Shown here piece by piece: positions 29,287 to 40,200 of a stretch of 64,000 bases of DNA (the stretch's first letter is position 1; each line of letters opens with the position of its first letter). The stretch is taken from contig JBIJBE010000002.1 of assembly GCA_044345405.1 (NCBI GenBank), positions 1 through 64,000 of the forward strand, given 5' to 3'. The notes under the pieces were generated by a model. The model did no database searches, was not told where the DNA came from, and was given only the letters and a program-made list of their open reading frames with translations. A program made the position numbers and the translations under genes. The stretch comes from Bdellovibrionota bacterium (GTDB lineage: Bacteria > Bdellovibrionota_C > UBA2361 > OMII01).

Positions 29287-30375
29287 CTACACTTGAGAGC
29301 TGTCACTCACCACAACGGCGGCATCTTGAGGCCATGATAGAAACACAGGATCTCCCTCGCGGTAACGCTCGGCGGAGAGGGGCGTTGGCGCGCGAGAGAG
29401 GAGCCGATCTCCGGTGCTCGTTTCGCACTCGATGTCGAGGTGAGATCCCTTGAACGAGATGTGGCGCACGGTGGCTGGTATGCTCGGAGCGCTTGAGGAT
29501 CGATCCGTGGCGATTGAGAGGGACTCTGGTCGAAGGCAGAGGACGTGACCATCGGCACCCAAGGCGGCTGGGGCGGTTGCGGCAAATCTCTGTTCCGGGG
29601 CGCAAAGGAGGGTGAGCTCGACGGTGTTGTCGCGCACCGCGCGAATCTCGCACGGTAGAATATTCGCGCTTCCGAGGAACTCAGCGACGTAGCGTGTTCG
29701 AGGCGCCTGGTAAAGCTCGAACGGGGTGCCGACCTGTTCAACGACCCCGGAGCGGAGGAGCGCTATCTTGGTCGCCAAGGTGAGGGCGTCCTCCTGATCG
29801 TGGGTGACGTAGATCATCGTTATCTTGAGCGCGCGATGGAGCTGCTGCAACTCGTGACGGATCTCCTCTCGTAGTCGAGCGTCCAGGTTCGAGAGTGGCT
29901 CATCAAGAAGGATAACCCTAGGCCGGACAGCAAGAGCGCGGGCGAGAGCGACCCGTTGCTGTTGACCACCTGAGATCTCATGAGGATACCTCCCGCCGAG
30001 GTCGCTCATCTGGACGAGTTCAAGAGCCTCGGCGACCCGTGTGTCCCGCTCTCGTTTAGGCACTCCCTGTACCTCAAGTCCAAACCGGATGTTCTGGTCG
30101 ACCGTCATGTGAGGCCACAGTGCGTACTGCTGAAAGACCATGCCGATGCCCCGTTCGTGAGCTGGCACCTCAAGGATACTCTTGCCGTCCACAACAATAG
30201 ATCCTGAATCGGGGCGCTCGAGCCCGGCGAGGATTCGAAGGAGGGTCGACTTCCCGCAGCCGGAGGCTCCCAGTATGAAAAAAAGGTCGCCGGAATCGAC
30301 CTCAAGCGAGATGTCGCGCAGCACGGTCGTGCGCCCGAACTTTTTAGTAATCCCCTGAATAGAGAGTGCGGCCAT
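29287..30375 (-). CDS. ABC transporter ATP-binding subunit (FbpC/PotA-like, with TOBE domain)
   Basis: GASGCGKST, ISGGQQQRVALARAL, LLDEPLSNLD, YVTHDQE. Confidence 0.95.
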   Translation of the reverse strand: MAALSIQGITKKFGRTTVLRDISLEVDSGDLFFILGASGCGKSTLLRILAGLERPDSGSIVVDGKSILEVPAHERGIGMVFQQYALWPHMTVDQNIRFGLEVQGVPKRERDTRVAEALELVQMSDLGGRYPHEISGGQQQRVALARALAVRPRVILLDEPLSNLDARLREEIRHELQQLHRALKITMIYVTHDQEDALTLATKIALLRSGVVEQVGTPFELYQAPRTRYVAEFLGSANILPCEIRAVRDNTVELTLLCAPEQRFAATAPAALGADGHVLCLRPESLSIATDRSSSAPSIPATVRHISFKGSHLDIECETSTGDRLLSRAPTPLSAERYREGDPVFLSWPQDAAVVVSDSSQV

Positions 30376-30520
30376 AGGTAGGAGATATAGCCGCCACGAG
30401 ATGCTTCAACAAGACGAGACGTTGGGACGCACACATTCTCTGAACCGTTCGATATACAGATGGTGTTTCGATCTCTTCGCCCGTGTGGCAGATTGGGGCG
30501 TTGAAACGAGAGCGGGGACT

Positions 30521-33289
30521 ATGGGGGCGAAGCGTCCATTCAGACGGGTGCCGGTATGGCAGAGACCTCAAGGGGCGGTTATCTCGCTCCTGAGGGAAGG
30601 TGCGCGCGTACGCCTCGACTTTGAGTACTCGCCAGCCCGAGTAACGGCCGTCAAGGCGATTAAAGGGGCGAGGTACCACCCCGACGATAAGAGTTGGACG
30701 ATCCCGTTTGAGGCGGTTGATACTATCCTCACACACAAGGAGTTCCCCTCCTTTCGTTCCTTGAACGGTCTTGGAGAGCGAGGGGTAACACCGCTCCCGG
30801 CTGAGCAGGCCTCAGCGCAGCTCAGGAAGAACCCTTTCTGCGTGCCCGAGGAGGCGCTCGCCGGTGTCGCGGTCGACATGGTGGTCCGAATCAACCTGCC
30901 GAAGCGACGGTTGCGACTCATTCCGCGGGTGGGGTCGAACGCGCTCAAGGTCATTAAGCGGGTGAAGGGGGCGACCTACTGCGCATCAGACGCCGCGTAT
31001 ACCGTTCCGGTTGAGAGGTTCCCTGAGCTTCTCAAAAAGTTTCGAGATAAAGAGATCTCCTTCGCCGTGGATCAACTTGCCGGAGAGGCGCTCTCCTCAA
31101 CAGCCGCCCTGCGGAATGACATCGTCGGAGGTGGTACCGGTCGCTCCGCGAAGGAGCTCACCGAGGCGTGTCTCGTTCCGTTTATCACCGAGGTTGTTGA
31201 TTCCTTTGGAGAGTATCGCCCCTGCTACTTCACCGCCGAGCAATTTAAGGCGGCTTTTCCCAATGTCTCTCGCCGTGGGGGCCAAACCACCCCCCTCACG
31301 CTCGACGCTCGGGGCCTTCTCGGGTTCGTGGCACGAATGGACTCCCTTCCGTTCACGGTGTGGCTGACCGATGGTGTTCGGGCCGAAATCGAGCGGAGTC
31401 GCGAGCGCCTCCTTGAGGAGATCAGTAACGCCTCTGGACCGATCGATGACGCGGCGGCGGATGTGGTGAAGCTGCCGTTTATGTGGCGCACCGCTCCAAG
31501 TGGTCGTGGAGTGCTCGCGATCTCGCTGCCCACGGACAGTGATGCCCGACGTCTAGTTGCCGATCGAATAGGTGAAGTGCTTGGGACGACCTACGAGTCC
31601 GAAGCGGACGCGCTTCATATTGAGGTTCCAGACTCTCGTTTGTCCGCCATTATCTCCGAAGTCACGCACCTCGCCGAGGTAAATAATCTTGGTGATATTC
31701 CGAAGAGCGCCTCATTCGTTAAGCTTGAGAGCGATGTTCGAGAACGGGTTGCTATCCGCGAGCGGTCGTCGTTTTACGGATCCTTAGAGGATGTCGCTGC
31801 CGAGGCGGTTGCTGGCCTTGAGCTTTCGGAGGCGCAGCGACTTTTCCCCCATCAACGCGTTGCTATCGAGTGGCTCAAGGAGTTCCCAAGCGCCTTCCTC
31901 GGCGACGACATGGGGCTCGGCAAAACGCTCTCGGTGCTCTCATTTTTCGCCACACTTCAACGGACCGAGGGATACGAGCTCCTTCTTGTTGTGTGCCCGA
32001 ACTCACTGACCCGAAACTGGGTACGCGAAGCGACAACCTGGTTTCCCCATATCAAGGCCACGGTGTTGTCGGGCGATAAGGCGGAGAAGGCGTGGACCCT
32101 TCGACTTCTCACCGAGGGTACGGTGCCGTGTGATGTCTTTGTGACGAACTACGAGGGAGCCCGTCTCGACTACGTAACGCCGGAGCTCGCGGAGGTGGCG
32201 TCGAAGAGGAAGACCCTTCTGTGTGTCGACGAGTCGCAACGGGTTAAGAATCACCAAGCGAAAACCTTCAAGGCGCTCTCCTCGATCGCCCCGCATTGCA
32301 AGCGGCGTGTGCTGTTAAGCGGAACTCCAACGCCGAAGGATGTAACCGACCTCTGGGCTCAGATGAAGCTTCTCGACGGCGGAAAGCGCTTCGGAAAGAG
32401 CTTCTACAAGTGGCTCGGTACGGTCGCTGAGCTCGGAACGGAGTATAGCGAGTTCGCCATAAAGAAGTTCAACGACTACGAGGTGAACGAATCGATCTAC
32501 CGGGCGCAGGAGATTATGCTTCGGAGGCGGAAGGAGAAGGTAATCGATCTTCCGGCCAAGACCTTCTCGCTGCGCGAGATCGAGCTAACCGGCTCGCAAC
32601 GGGAGCGTTACGACGAGATTCGAGAGGGGCTTATCCTTCGCATGCGGTCGACCTCCGGTGAGCAGTTCGTTCGAGAGATCACCAACATCCTTGAGGAGTA
32701 TCTCCGCGCGGTTCAGGTAGCTTCAAATCCCCGCCTTATCGATCCGGAATGGAAGGGCGATCCGGCGAAGTTCCTCGAGCTCGATGAGATCGTCACGGAG
32801 GTAGTGCGTGAGCAGGGGCAGAAGATCGTAATCTGGACCAACTATCTCGGCAACATTCGGGAACTGGTCGAGCGTTACAAGGATCTCGGCGCGGCTCCGT
32901 TTAGTGGAGAGGTGTCCGCCGCCGATCGCGAAAAGACCGTGCGCGCCTTTCAGAATGAGGATACACCGCGGGTGCTTGTGGCCGTTCCAGCAGCGGGCGG
33001 TGTCGGAATTACCCTCACCGCGGCGCAAACCGCTGTCTATATCGATAAGACATGGAATGCGGAGCACTGGATGCAGTCCGTCGATCGTATTCACCGAATC
33101 GGGCAGCGTGGTACGGTTAACGTAATTTCGCTTCTAAGTTGCAAGGTCGATGAGATGATCCACTGGAACTTGCGGCGCAAGGAGCAAGGGCAGGCAGACG
33201 TGCTTGGAGACAACGGCCCTATCGATCCGAGCGTGCGGGGCGCTCCAACTCGAAAGGAGCTCCTTGAGGCCCTTGAAGTAGATCTCTAA
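30521..33289 (+). CDS. SNF2-family ATPase with two N-terminal HARP-like domains
   Basis: LGDDMGLGKT, DESQ, LSGTP, GGVGITLT, QSVDRIHRIGQ. N-terminal repeats resemble HARP domains. Start uncertain (the ORF opens at 30401). Confidence 0.9.
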   Translation: MGAKRPFRRVPVWQRPQGAVISLLREGARVRLDFEYSPARVTAVKAIKGARYHPDDKSWTIPFEAVDTILTHKEFPSFRSLNGLGERGVTPLPAEQASAQLRKNPFCVPEEALAGVAVDMVVRINLPKRRLRLIPRVGSNALKVIKRVKGATYCASDAAYTVPVERFPELLKKFRDKEISFAVDQLAGEALSSTAALRNDIVGGGTGRSAKELTEACLVPFITEVVDSFGEYRPCYFTAEQFKAAFPNVSRRGGQTTPLTLDARGLLGFVARMDSLPFTVWLTDGVRAEIERSRERLLEEISNASGPIDDAAADVVKLPFMWRTAPSGRGVLAISLPTDSDARRLVADRIGEVLGTTYESEADALHIEVPDSRLSAIISEVTHLAEVNNLGDIPKSASFVKLESDVRERVAIRERSSFYGSLEDVAAEAVAGLELSEAQRLFPHQRVAIEWLKEFPSAFLGDDMGLGKTLSVLSFFATLQRTEGYELLLVVCPNSLTRNWVREATTWFPHIKATVLSGDKAEKAWTLRLLTEGTVPCDVFVTNYEGARLDYVTPELAEVASKRKTLLCVDESQRVKNHQAKTFKALSSIAPHCKRRVLLSGTPTPKDVTDLWAQMKLLDGGKRFGKSFYKWLGTVAELGTEYSEFAIKKFNDYEVNESIYRAQEIMLRRRKEKVIDLPAKTFSLREIELTGSQRERYDEIREGLILRMRSTSGEQFVREITNILEEYLRAVQVASNPRLIDPEWKGDPAKFLELDEIVTEVVREQGQKIVIWTNYLGNIRELVERYKDLGAAPFSGEVSAADREKTVRAFQNEDTPRVLVAVPAAGGVGITLTAAQTAVYIDKTWNAEHWMQSVDRIHRIGQRGTVNVISLLSCKVDEMIHWNLRRKEQGQADVLGDNGPIDPSVRGAPTRKELLEALEVDL

Positions 33290-33355
33290 ATCGGTGAGGA
33301 TTGCACACAAACCGCTGTGCGCCACGGGATGTGGTGACTGCCATCGGATATTCGT

Positions 33356-34030
33356 ATGACTCAACAACCTGCTCAGAAACGTGGATTTGGATGTCTCGGC
33401 TACGGCTGTATCATCGCGGTGGTGCTGATCGTCCTTACGATTGGGGGGATCTTCCTCCTAGCTCGCTCCGCGATGCGGGGTGCTGTTGAGCGGTTTACCA
33501 CGGAACAACCATTGGTGGTGCCTACCGTGGCGCTTGACGAGAACGCTCGGGCGTCCTTTGCCGCGAAGTTTGACGACTTAAAGCGGGTGATGAACGACCC
33601 TCGCGGAGGTGGAGAGTTTGTTCTTTCACAGGCTGAGCTCACCGGACTTCTCGCCGATACGCCCTTTAACGGCAAGGTCTTCGTTGAGCTTCAAGGGGAG
33701 TCCGTTGGAGCGACCTTCTCATTTCCCCTCAACGCGCTCGGTCAGTGGGACGCTGCGAAGCCTATTATTGGAGACTACCTCAATAGATACGCCACCGGCT
33801 CAGCGAGAGCGAAGGTCACCGTGGCTGACGGAGTGGCTGCTGTTACCTTCGAGGATCTTGTTCTGAACGGTCAGGTTTTTGATGGGGATGCCCTTAAGGA
33901 GGCAAGCGAGTGGGTTACAGGCTTTGTGAACTCTGAAGGGGAGGACCCGAAGGAGCGAAGGGAGCGTGCTCGTATCCAGTCGGCCCGGATTGAGAACGGT
34001 ACGGCCGTCGTTCGGGTAAGGCCGGAGTAG
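33356..34030 (+). CDS. Hypothetical membrane-anchored protein
   Basis: KRGFGCLGYGC followed by one TM helix and a soluble domain. Confidence 0.8.
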   Translation: MTQQPAQKRGFGCLGYGCIIAVVLIVLTIGGIFLLARSAMRGAVERFTTEQPLVVPTVALDENARASFAAKFDDLKRVMNDPRGGGEFVLSQAELTGLLADTPFNGKVFVELQGESVGATFSFPLNALGQWDAAKPIIGDYLNRYATGSARAKVTVADGVAAVTFEDLVLNGQVFDGDALKEASEWVTGFVNSEGEDPKERRERARIQSARIENGTAVVRVRPE

Positions 34031-34084
34031 GGGGTTCCCCTACTGTCGAAGGGGTGGGAGTCCTCGGGTATCCACGGAGGACTC
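34026..34084 (+). terminator. Tandem GC-rich hairpins after 33356..34030 (possible terminator or RNA-stability element)
   Basis: Perfect 8-bp stems AGTAGGGG/CCCCTACT (34026-34044) and GAGTCCTC/GAGGACTC (34058-34084). No U-tract. Confidence 0.4.
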
Positions 34085-34299
34085 GGCCCGGTGACAGCTA
34101 AGCACACCTAAGTACAGCTAGTTATACCTAGTGACACCTGTCGGAAATTATTCTGATTGGTAGGCGTCATCCTTTCGCGCCTCCTCCATATCCTCAACAG
34201 GTAGTCTTCCGTTTCCCTGAAGCATTTCCCTTATTTGGGCGGAAAGGAGGACGTACCATGAGAGGGCACACAGCTCTCACGTAGGTTGCGAGGCGGTCA

Positions 34300-37200
34300 G
34301 TGGCAGAAACGAAACTCGATCCGAAACACGATCCTTCAACGGAGGCTGCGAAAGCGGACAAGCTATCTCCAAAGGAGTTGGCCGCGCTGCAGAAGGAGCT
34401 CGCACAACGAAACCTCCAGATGATGCCCCATGAGCTGGACGAGCTCCTTGCGCAGACAACCGCACGAAATCAAGATCAGCGACAGGAGCAACAGCTCTAC
34501 GCCTCAACGTGGGGTGGGGCAGCCGGCGTTATCGCCGCTCTGATCAAGGTGACGGATGCGGAGCGTGACGTCTCACGACGCAAAGCTCTTGAAGCGATGC
34601 AGGCGGAGATGTTTGAGCTACTCGCCAAGGAGAAGAAAAAAGACGCCCTCCGAAACTCTCCGTTCTTCAAACAACTCGTGTCGATCCTTGGCCACGACAC
34701 CGCGGAATCGATCACCCAAAAGCTTGAGCAGGCTGGTTCCGCATCCGCGAGCGGTCTTCAAGCGAACCAAGCCGCCATTGCGCAGGCGTCCAAGGATATC
34801 GCGGCTCTTCTTGAGAAGAATCAAGCCATTCTCGGCCTTCGCGTCTCCGGGGAAACTCTTGCTGGAATTCTCGAGAGCGAGATCGCGCATGGTATCTCGA
34901 AGGTTCCTAGGCCGGTGACCCCGACACTCTCACTCGTCAAGCCTGAGGAGTCTCTGGCGACCCGCACGCACGAGTTGATGAAAGGTCTTGAACGGGGCGA
35001 TGAGCGACTCGCTCGTCTCCAGGCCCTTCGTTCCGAACTCGGTCCCGAGAAATTCACGGCGATGGTTGACGCCTACGACCAGAAGTACGGAATTCCGCTC
35101 GTCGCGCATGTGGCGAACCTTTCGACCTCAAATCCGTCGTTCCAAGCCGATATGATGCGTGAGACCCTCGCGCTCCTCTCCGCCGCGCAGCAGGAACGGC
35201 TTCTCGATTTCGGGCGGGCCGAGTACGCGCAGACCATGGCGGTACTCGATAAGCGCCGAGAGATAGCCAAGGACAGTCTCCGCGATGTAACCGCTGAGAT
35301 CTGCAAAACCGAGAAGGTACTCGCCGAGTCTATCGGCCGCCCCGAGCTGGCGTACCTTCCGGAGGGAGCGGTGAGAGGTAAAGTTCTTGAGGAGCTCCGC
35401 GTTCGCTTTCCGGAGCTTGCGGGTAAGAGCTGGGATGAAACCTACCTACGCCTCAAAGAGGTTGCGGGGCAGTCCGATCCGGCCGCGCTCGGCGACCACC
35501 TTCGAGCGCTTCTTGGTGGTAAGGAGGTTACCGACCCAGAGGCTCTCCGTGATGTAATCGCGCGAGCTACCCTTCAGATGCAGATGTTGGCGGTGCTCGA
35601 CCAGCAGGTAGAGGTCTTCAAAAATATCTTGTCGACCAACGAAACCGGTGATGAGGCGAAACTTCGAGCGCACTACACAACGGCGTACGGCGCCGAGGCG
35701 ACTGCGAACGACGCCACCTACCAGGCGCTCAAAAAGGTCGCGGACAGTCACATCGACAATCTGCACCGCCGGATCTCAGATCCTTCACTAGGAACAGACG
35801 AGCGCGCGGCTCTTATCCGGGAGCGAGACGCACTCGAATTTTTAAGCGTAAAGAAGCTTGCGTCACAGGCTCTTCACGGGGGCGAGACCCCAGACGCAGA
35901 GGGTGCTTTAGCGATTCTCAGGGATTTCGCGGTAGCCTACGCGGACACTCCAGCTCGCCGAAGCGAGGCGTTTCGAAGCGCGTGCGACCACCTCATAACT
36001 TCTATTGAGAGCGCCGATACGTTACGGAAGGAGTGGCTCGGCCTCGATGTCACTCAGTTTGGCAACGTCGAGTTCAAGAAGCCTACCGGAAGAGAGCTTG
36101 TCTCCTGTATCGATGGCCGTCCCGCCCGAATGGACGAGATGCGTCTGCGTGAGAGGCTTGCCGAGCTCGACACAACTAAGAGCGCTTTCGGCAGCTCTAC
36201 GGACCCGCTCGACCGTCTTATCGCGAGCGGAGCGCCCCTTGCTAAGAATGGTCTCGCCGTCACGAAGCAGACACAGCTTGAGGTGTTGCGAGCGCAGCGA
36301 CAAGCCGCCCTCTCCACGAATTTTTTCGGCCACATACTCGAAGGCTCCAGCCAGTACGTGGGAGTCCAGGCGCCCCTCGCGACGATAGACTCAAAGGGCG
36401 CGAGTTCCAAGGCGAAGGAATCCTTTGACAGGATCGGAGCGGCAACGTCGGCGTTAGACGAAGCCAGCGGAAAGCTTACCAAGGAGCTCTCGGCTCTGGA
36501 GTCCGGCCCTCAAAGCGCGTTTCTATCGAGCGCAACGCAGCGCGCGCTCTCGTCAGGCCTCTCAAAAGGGGTATGCGCTAAGCTCAACGCTTCAAGCGCC
36601 GCTGAGGCGGTTTCGAAGTTCGTTCGAGATCTCGACCCCGTTGAAGACCTTCCTGTCGATCGAGAGGTGCTCGACGCCGTTCGAAAGGTGGTTCCGCCGG
36701 AGTCAGAGATCGGCAAGGCTATGACCGCCGTTGGAAGTGGGTCGCACCAGCCCCTGCAGGAGTTTCAGTCTATCAAGGCCCGCCTCGACCCTACAAACGC
36801 CCTGCGATTCGACATCTTGGTGGCGAAGGAAACCGACGCCGTAGCGCGGGGAAATTCGAGCGTCGTATCTAGTATCGTTGGGGAGATCCTCAATCGAGAC
36901 CCGAAGGATCTCTTCACATCATCAATAGAAGCGCGTGAGCATGCGAGACTTTCGCGAATTGAACGCCTCCTTGGAGCCCTCACAGACGAAGAGCATCGCG
37001 ACTTCTTAAGGTTCTTTGAAGCGACAACCCAACGCTCGCTGGGCCAGGCTCTGATCGCGAACCTTCCAGCGGACGGTTCACGCAAGGATCTGCTTCTACG
37101 TCTCGCGGGGTCTCGCGCCGCGACCTCCCAGGATCTTCAACGGTTCTACACCGAACCGGTTCCGGGCGACCGCGGCGCTCGAGTTGCGGCGCTCTCGCGA

Positions 37201-40200
37201 GCGCTCGGTGCTGATGCGCAACGTCCGGCCGTGAAGGTCGACGAGGTCCGTCAAACAGCGCAAGGGTACGCATATCAATACTCGAGCCTGCGGGAAGCGG
37301 TGAAGGTAGCCATGGGGCAGGGCGATGTCGCGCTCGTTGGAGAGATCTCCGACAAGATGCGCGCGATAGAAGCCCGTATGAGTGGCACGATAACGAAAAC
37401 CGTCGCGCAACTTGACGCGAGCTACGTCGCGCGGGCCGGTATTCGAGATCGACTTCAGGCTGTTCAGGAGGAGATCTTCCAGGACGAACTTACGCGCTAC
37501 GTGCCGGGAAGACCGGACATCGCCGCACTTGCCAAGGGCACCGCCGAGCTCCTTCGCTCGACCACGCCAAAGACCGATGCCGCGTTCAATAGGATTCGTC
37601 AAGCGAACTTGACTGAGGAAGAAGCGCTCCACCTCAGAGCGCTCTATGGTCGAGAGTCAAAGCAGGCCTCAACGCTCCTTGAGAGGCGTGCCCTTACAGG
37701 GGACCTCCGGAGGGATCTTGAGCCTCTTGCGCGACCGGGTGTCGAAGAGCAGGAGCGGATCTCGTTTCTCGTAAAAGGTGGTCAAGAGTCCCTGCGAGAA
37801 GCCGATAAACGAACCCTCGCCATAGCCGAGCGAGAACAGAACGAAAAGCGCCAACTTGAGACCCTCTCGAATCTTCGAGCCAGTGGCCACTACGACAAAG
37901 TAAAAGATCAGGTCTCCGCCATGAAGCTCACTCCCGCCGCGCAGGAGTATCATAAGGCGGTGGTGTCCGGTGATACCAAGAAGGCCGACGCTGCGGACCT
38001 CGCCATCAAAGCGAAGAACGGTGATGTAAAGCCCCAAGAGGTGGCAAGCTTCCTTAAAGATAAGTCACCAGCGGAACTTGAGCAGATCAAGAAGGACCAT
38101 CCAACCCTTGCCAAGGATCTTGCGGCAAGCAATTCGTTCCTTACTGAGCAACAGTACGCCCAACTGATGAGCAATATCGCGCTCGAGCGACAGCGAGCGC
38201 TCGAGCAGGCCATGCTTAAATCTCTCACTGACCCGAATGCCTTCGCGGCATGGCTTGATGTCCAGGGCTCAAGGGAGCAGAAGCACGAGATGCTCCGGAA
38301 TCTCGAGGCTCTCATCGAGAAACAGCCTCACGCCCCAACGTTCGTTGCGGGTGGCGAGTCCAAGATCGTTCAGTATGTCCGCGCGCAACGAACGGACTTT
38401 CGCGAGATCGACGCGCACCTCATCAAGAATATCATAGCGAGCCGTCTTGGAGAGACTCAGTCTCTTAACGATAAGACCGTGACCGATCTGCTTACTCTGC
38501 GAGCAGAGGCGGTTCGGCGCATGACGACCTTGGACGCGTTCGATCAACCACGACGAACGATTTACAACGCCGCCAACGAGAATCTTCTGGAGAAGCGCAG
38601 GTACCTTGCTGAGGCCCAGGCCGATCAGGATAGGCGGTGGGTGTCCGCTGGTAAGTACGATAACGTGATTGCGCTCTCAAAAGCGCGCATCACTGAGCAA
38701 GATGCGCTCGTTCGGCCGATGTCGGCGGGCATTCGAGATATCGATACGAGCCGAGAGCTGGTTCGGTATGCCTTTGCCTTGATGGCGAAGGACGCGGTAG
38801 CCCAAGTTGATAAGGGGCTGCGACCGGAGGTTACCGATAGCGTGACGACGCTTCTCACGCAGCGGGATCAAAAGATTCAGTACAAGGTGACGGACGACAA
38901 GAGGGACGCTGAATGGATCGCATCTGTGAAATCAACCTCAGAGGCGATTCAGAGTTTCGACAAGTGGTCCACCATTGGCTTGGGAACCGCAAAGGTGTTG
39001 ACCACCGTCGCCGCTGGTATCTTCTTTAGCCCGGCGGCTGGTTTGGCGGTCGCCACAGCGTGGAACGTGGGAGATAAGGTCTACCGAGGTGTTGTAGGAA
39101 AGGAATCTATTAAGTCCTTGGCTAAATCGTTCGCCTTGGAGTTAGCTATCGATACCGCGTTTGCGGCACTTTCATCGCTGAAGACGACAACAGTTACCCT
39201 AGCTGGCGGTAGTGCAGTTAAGGATACCGCTGCTCAGGGATTAAAGCTTAGTAAGCGGGTGTGGGAGTTCAAGCCAAACGTATCAATCCTTAAGCCGCAC
39301 TCGATCAAGGAGGTTACGAAAGATCGCGGGGAGCTCGTTCACTCATCCCTCCTTGTTGGAGTTTCGAAGGAACAAGCCAAAGAAACCTTTGGTAAGCATA
39401 TTGTTATTCAAAAGCTTGGGGAAAAATACTTCCAACAACTTTCGGAAAAAGTGCCTGACGCGTTGCTAAGATCAAATTGGGCGCAGATACATGTTGGCAG
39501 GTTCGTTCCCTTCATCATGCCTACGTCTGTGCCTTCAACTCCAACAAAAACGCCACCAGCGGTGGAGAAGAAGGTGGATGACGATAGCGCGGGGCGAAAG
39601 AAAGTTGCGGAGCAGAGTCTTCAAGCTGTGCCGCCAGACAAGAAGCCCAAAGTGGTGGTGGACGATATCCTTGGTGTAACCAAGCCACCTAAAGAGGGGT
39701 CGAGCCCCACAGCACCCGCTCAGGTACCTACACCAGCTCTTGAGTTGACCCTTGCGATTAACCCCGCCCTTCTTCGAGAGATCGAGGCAAAGCTGGCGTT
39801 GTCACCGAACGCAGAGGTTCAAAAAGCGGTGGATGACCTGAATTCGTTCATGTCTCAACCAACGGCTTCGAACGTTGAGGGCGAGGAGCGGCTCCGCGGG
39901 CTGCAAAACGCTCTCAATCAATGGGCGCCGTATCCAGAACTGAGCAGCGCGCTGGATAAGCTTCTGACAGGAACCAATCCGTTTTTGGCCTTTTTGAACG
40001 CTCCAACGACCGGTTTTGCCGCAGCGGCACCGCCGCCGCAGCCACCACCACCACAGGCGCCACCTCCACCACCGCCGAAAGACCCCGGAAATTCGCCGGG
40101 TTCAGGGGGTGGAGGAATGCCGGGTCCGGTCCTCGTCAGTAATCCGATAGTGCGAGGGGACCAGCAAGGTACTCCGCGTCTCGATGGCACTGCCGATGAT

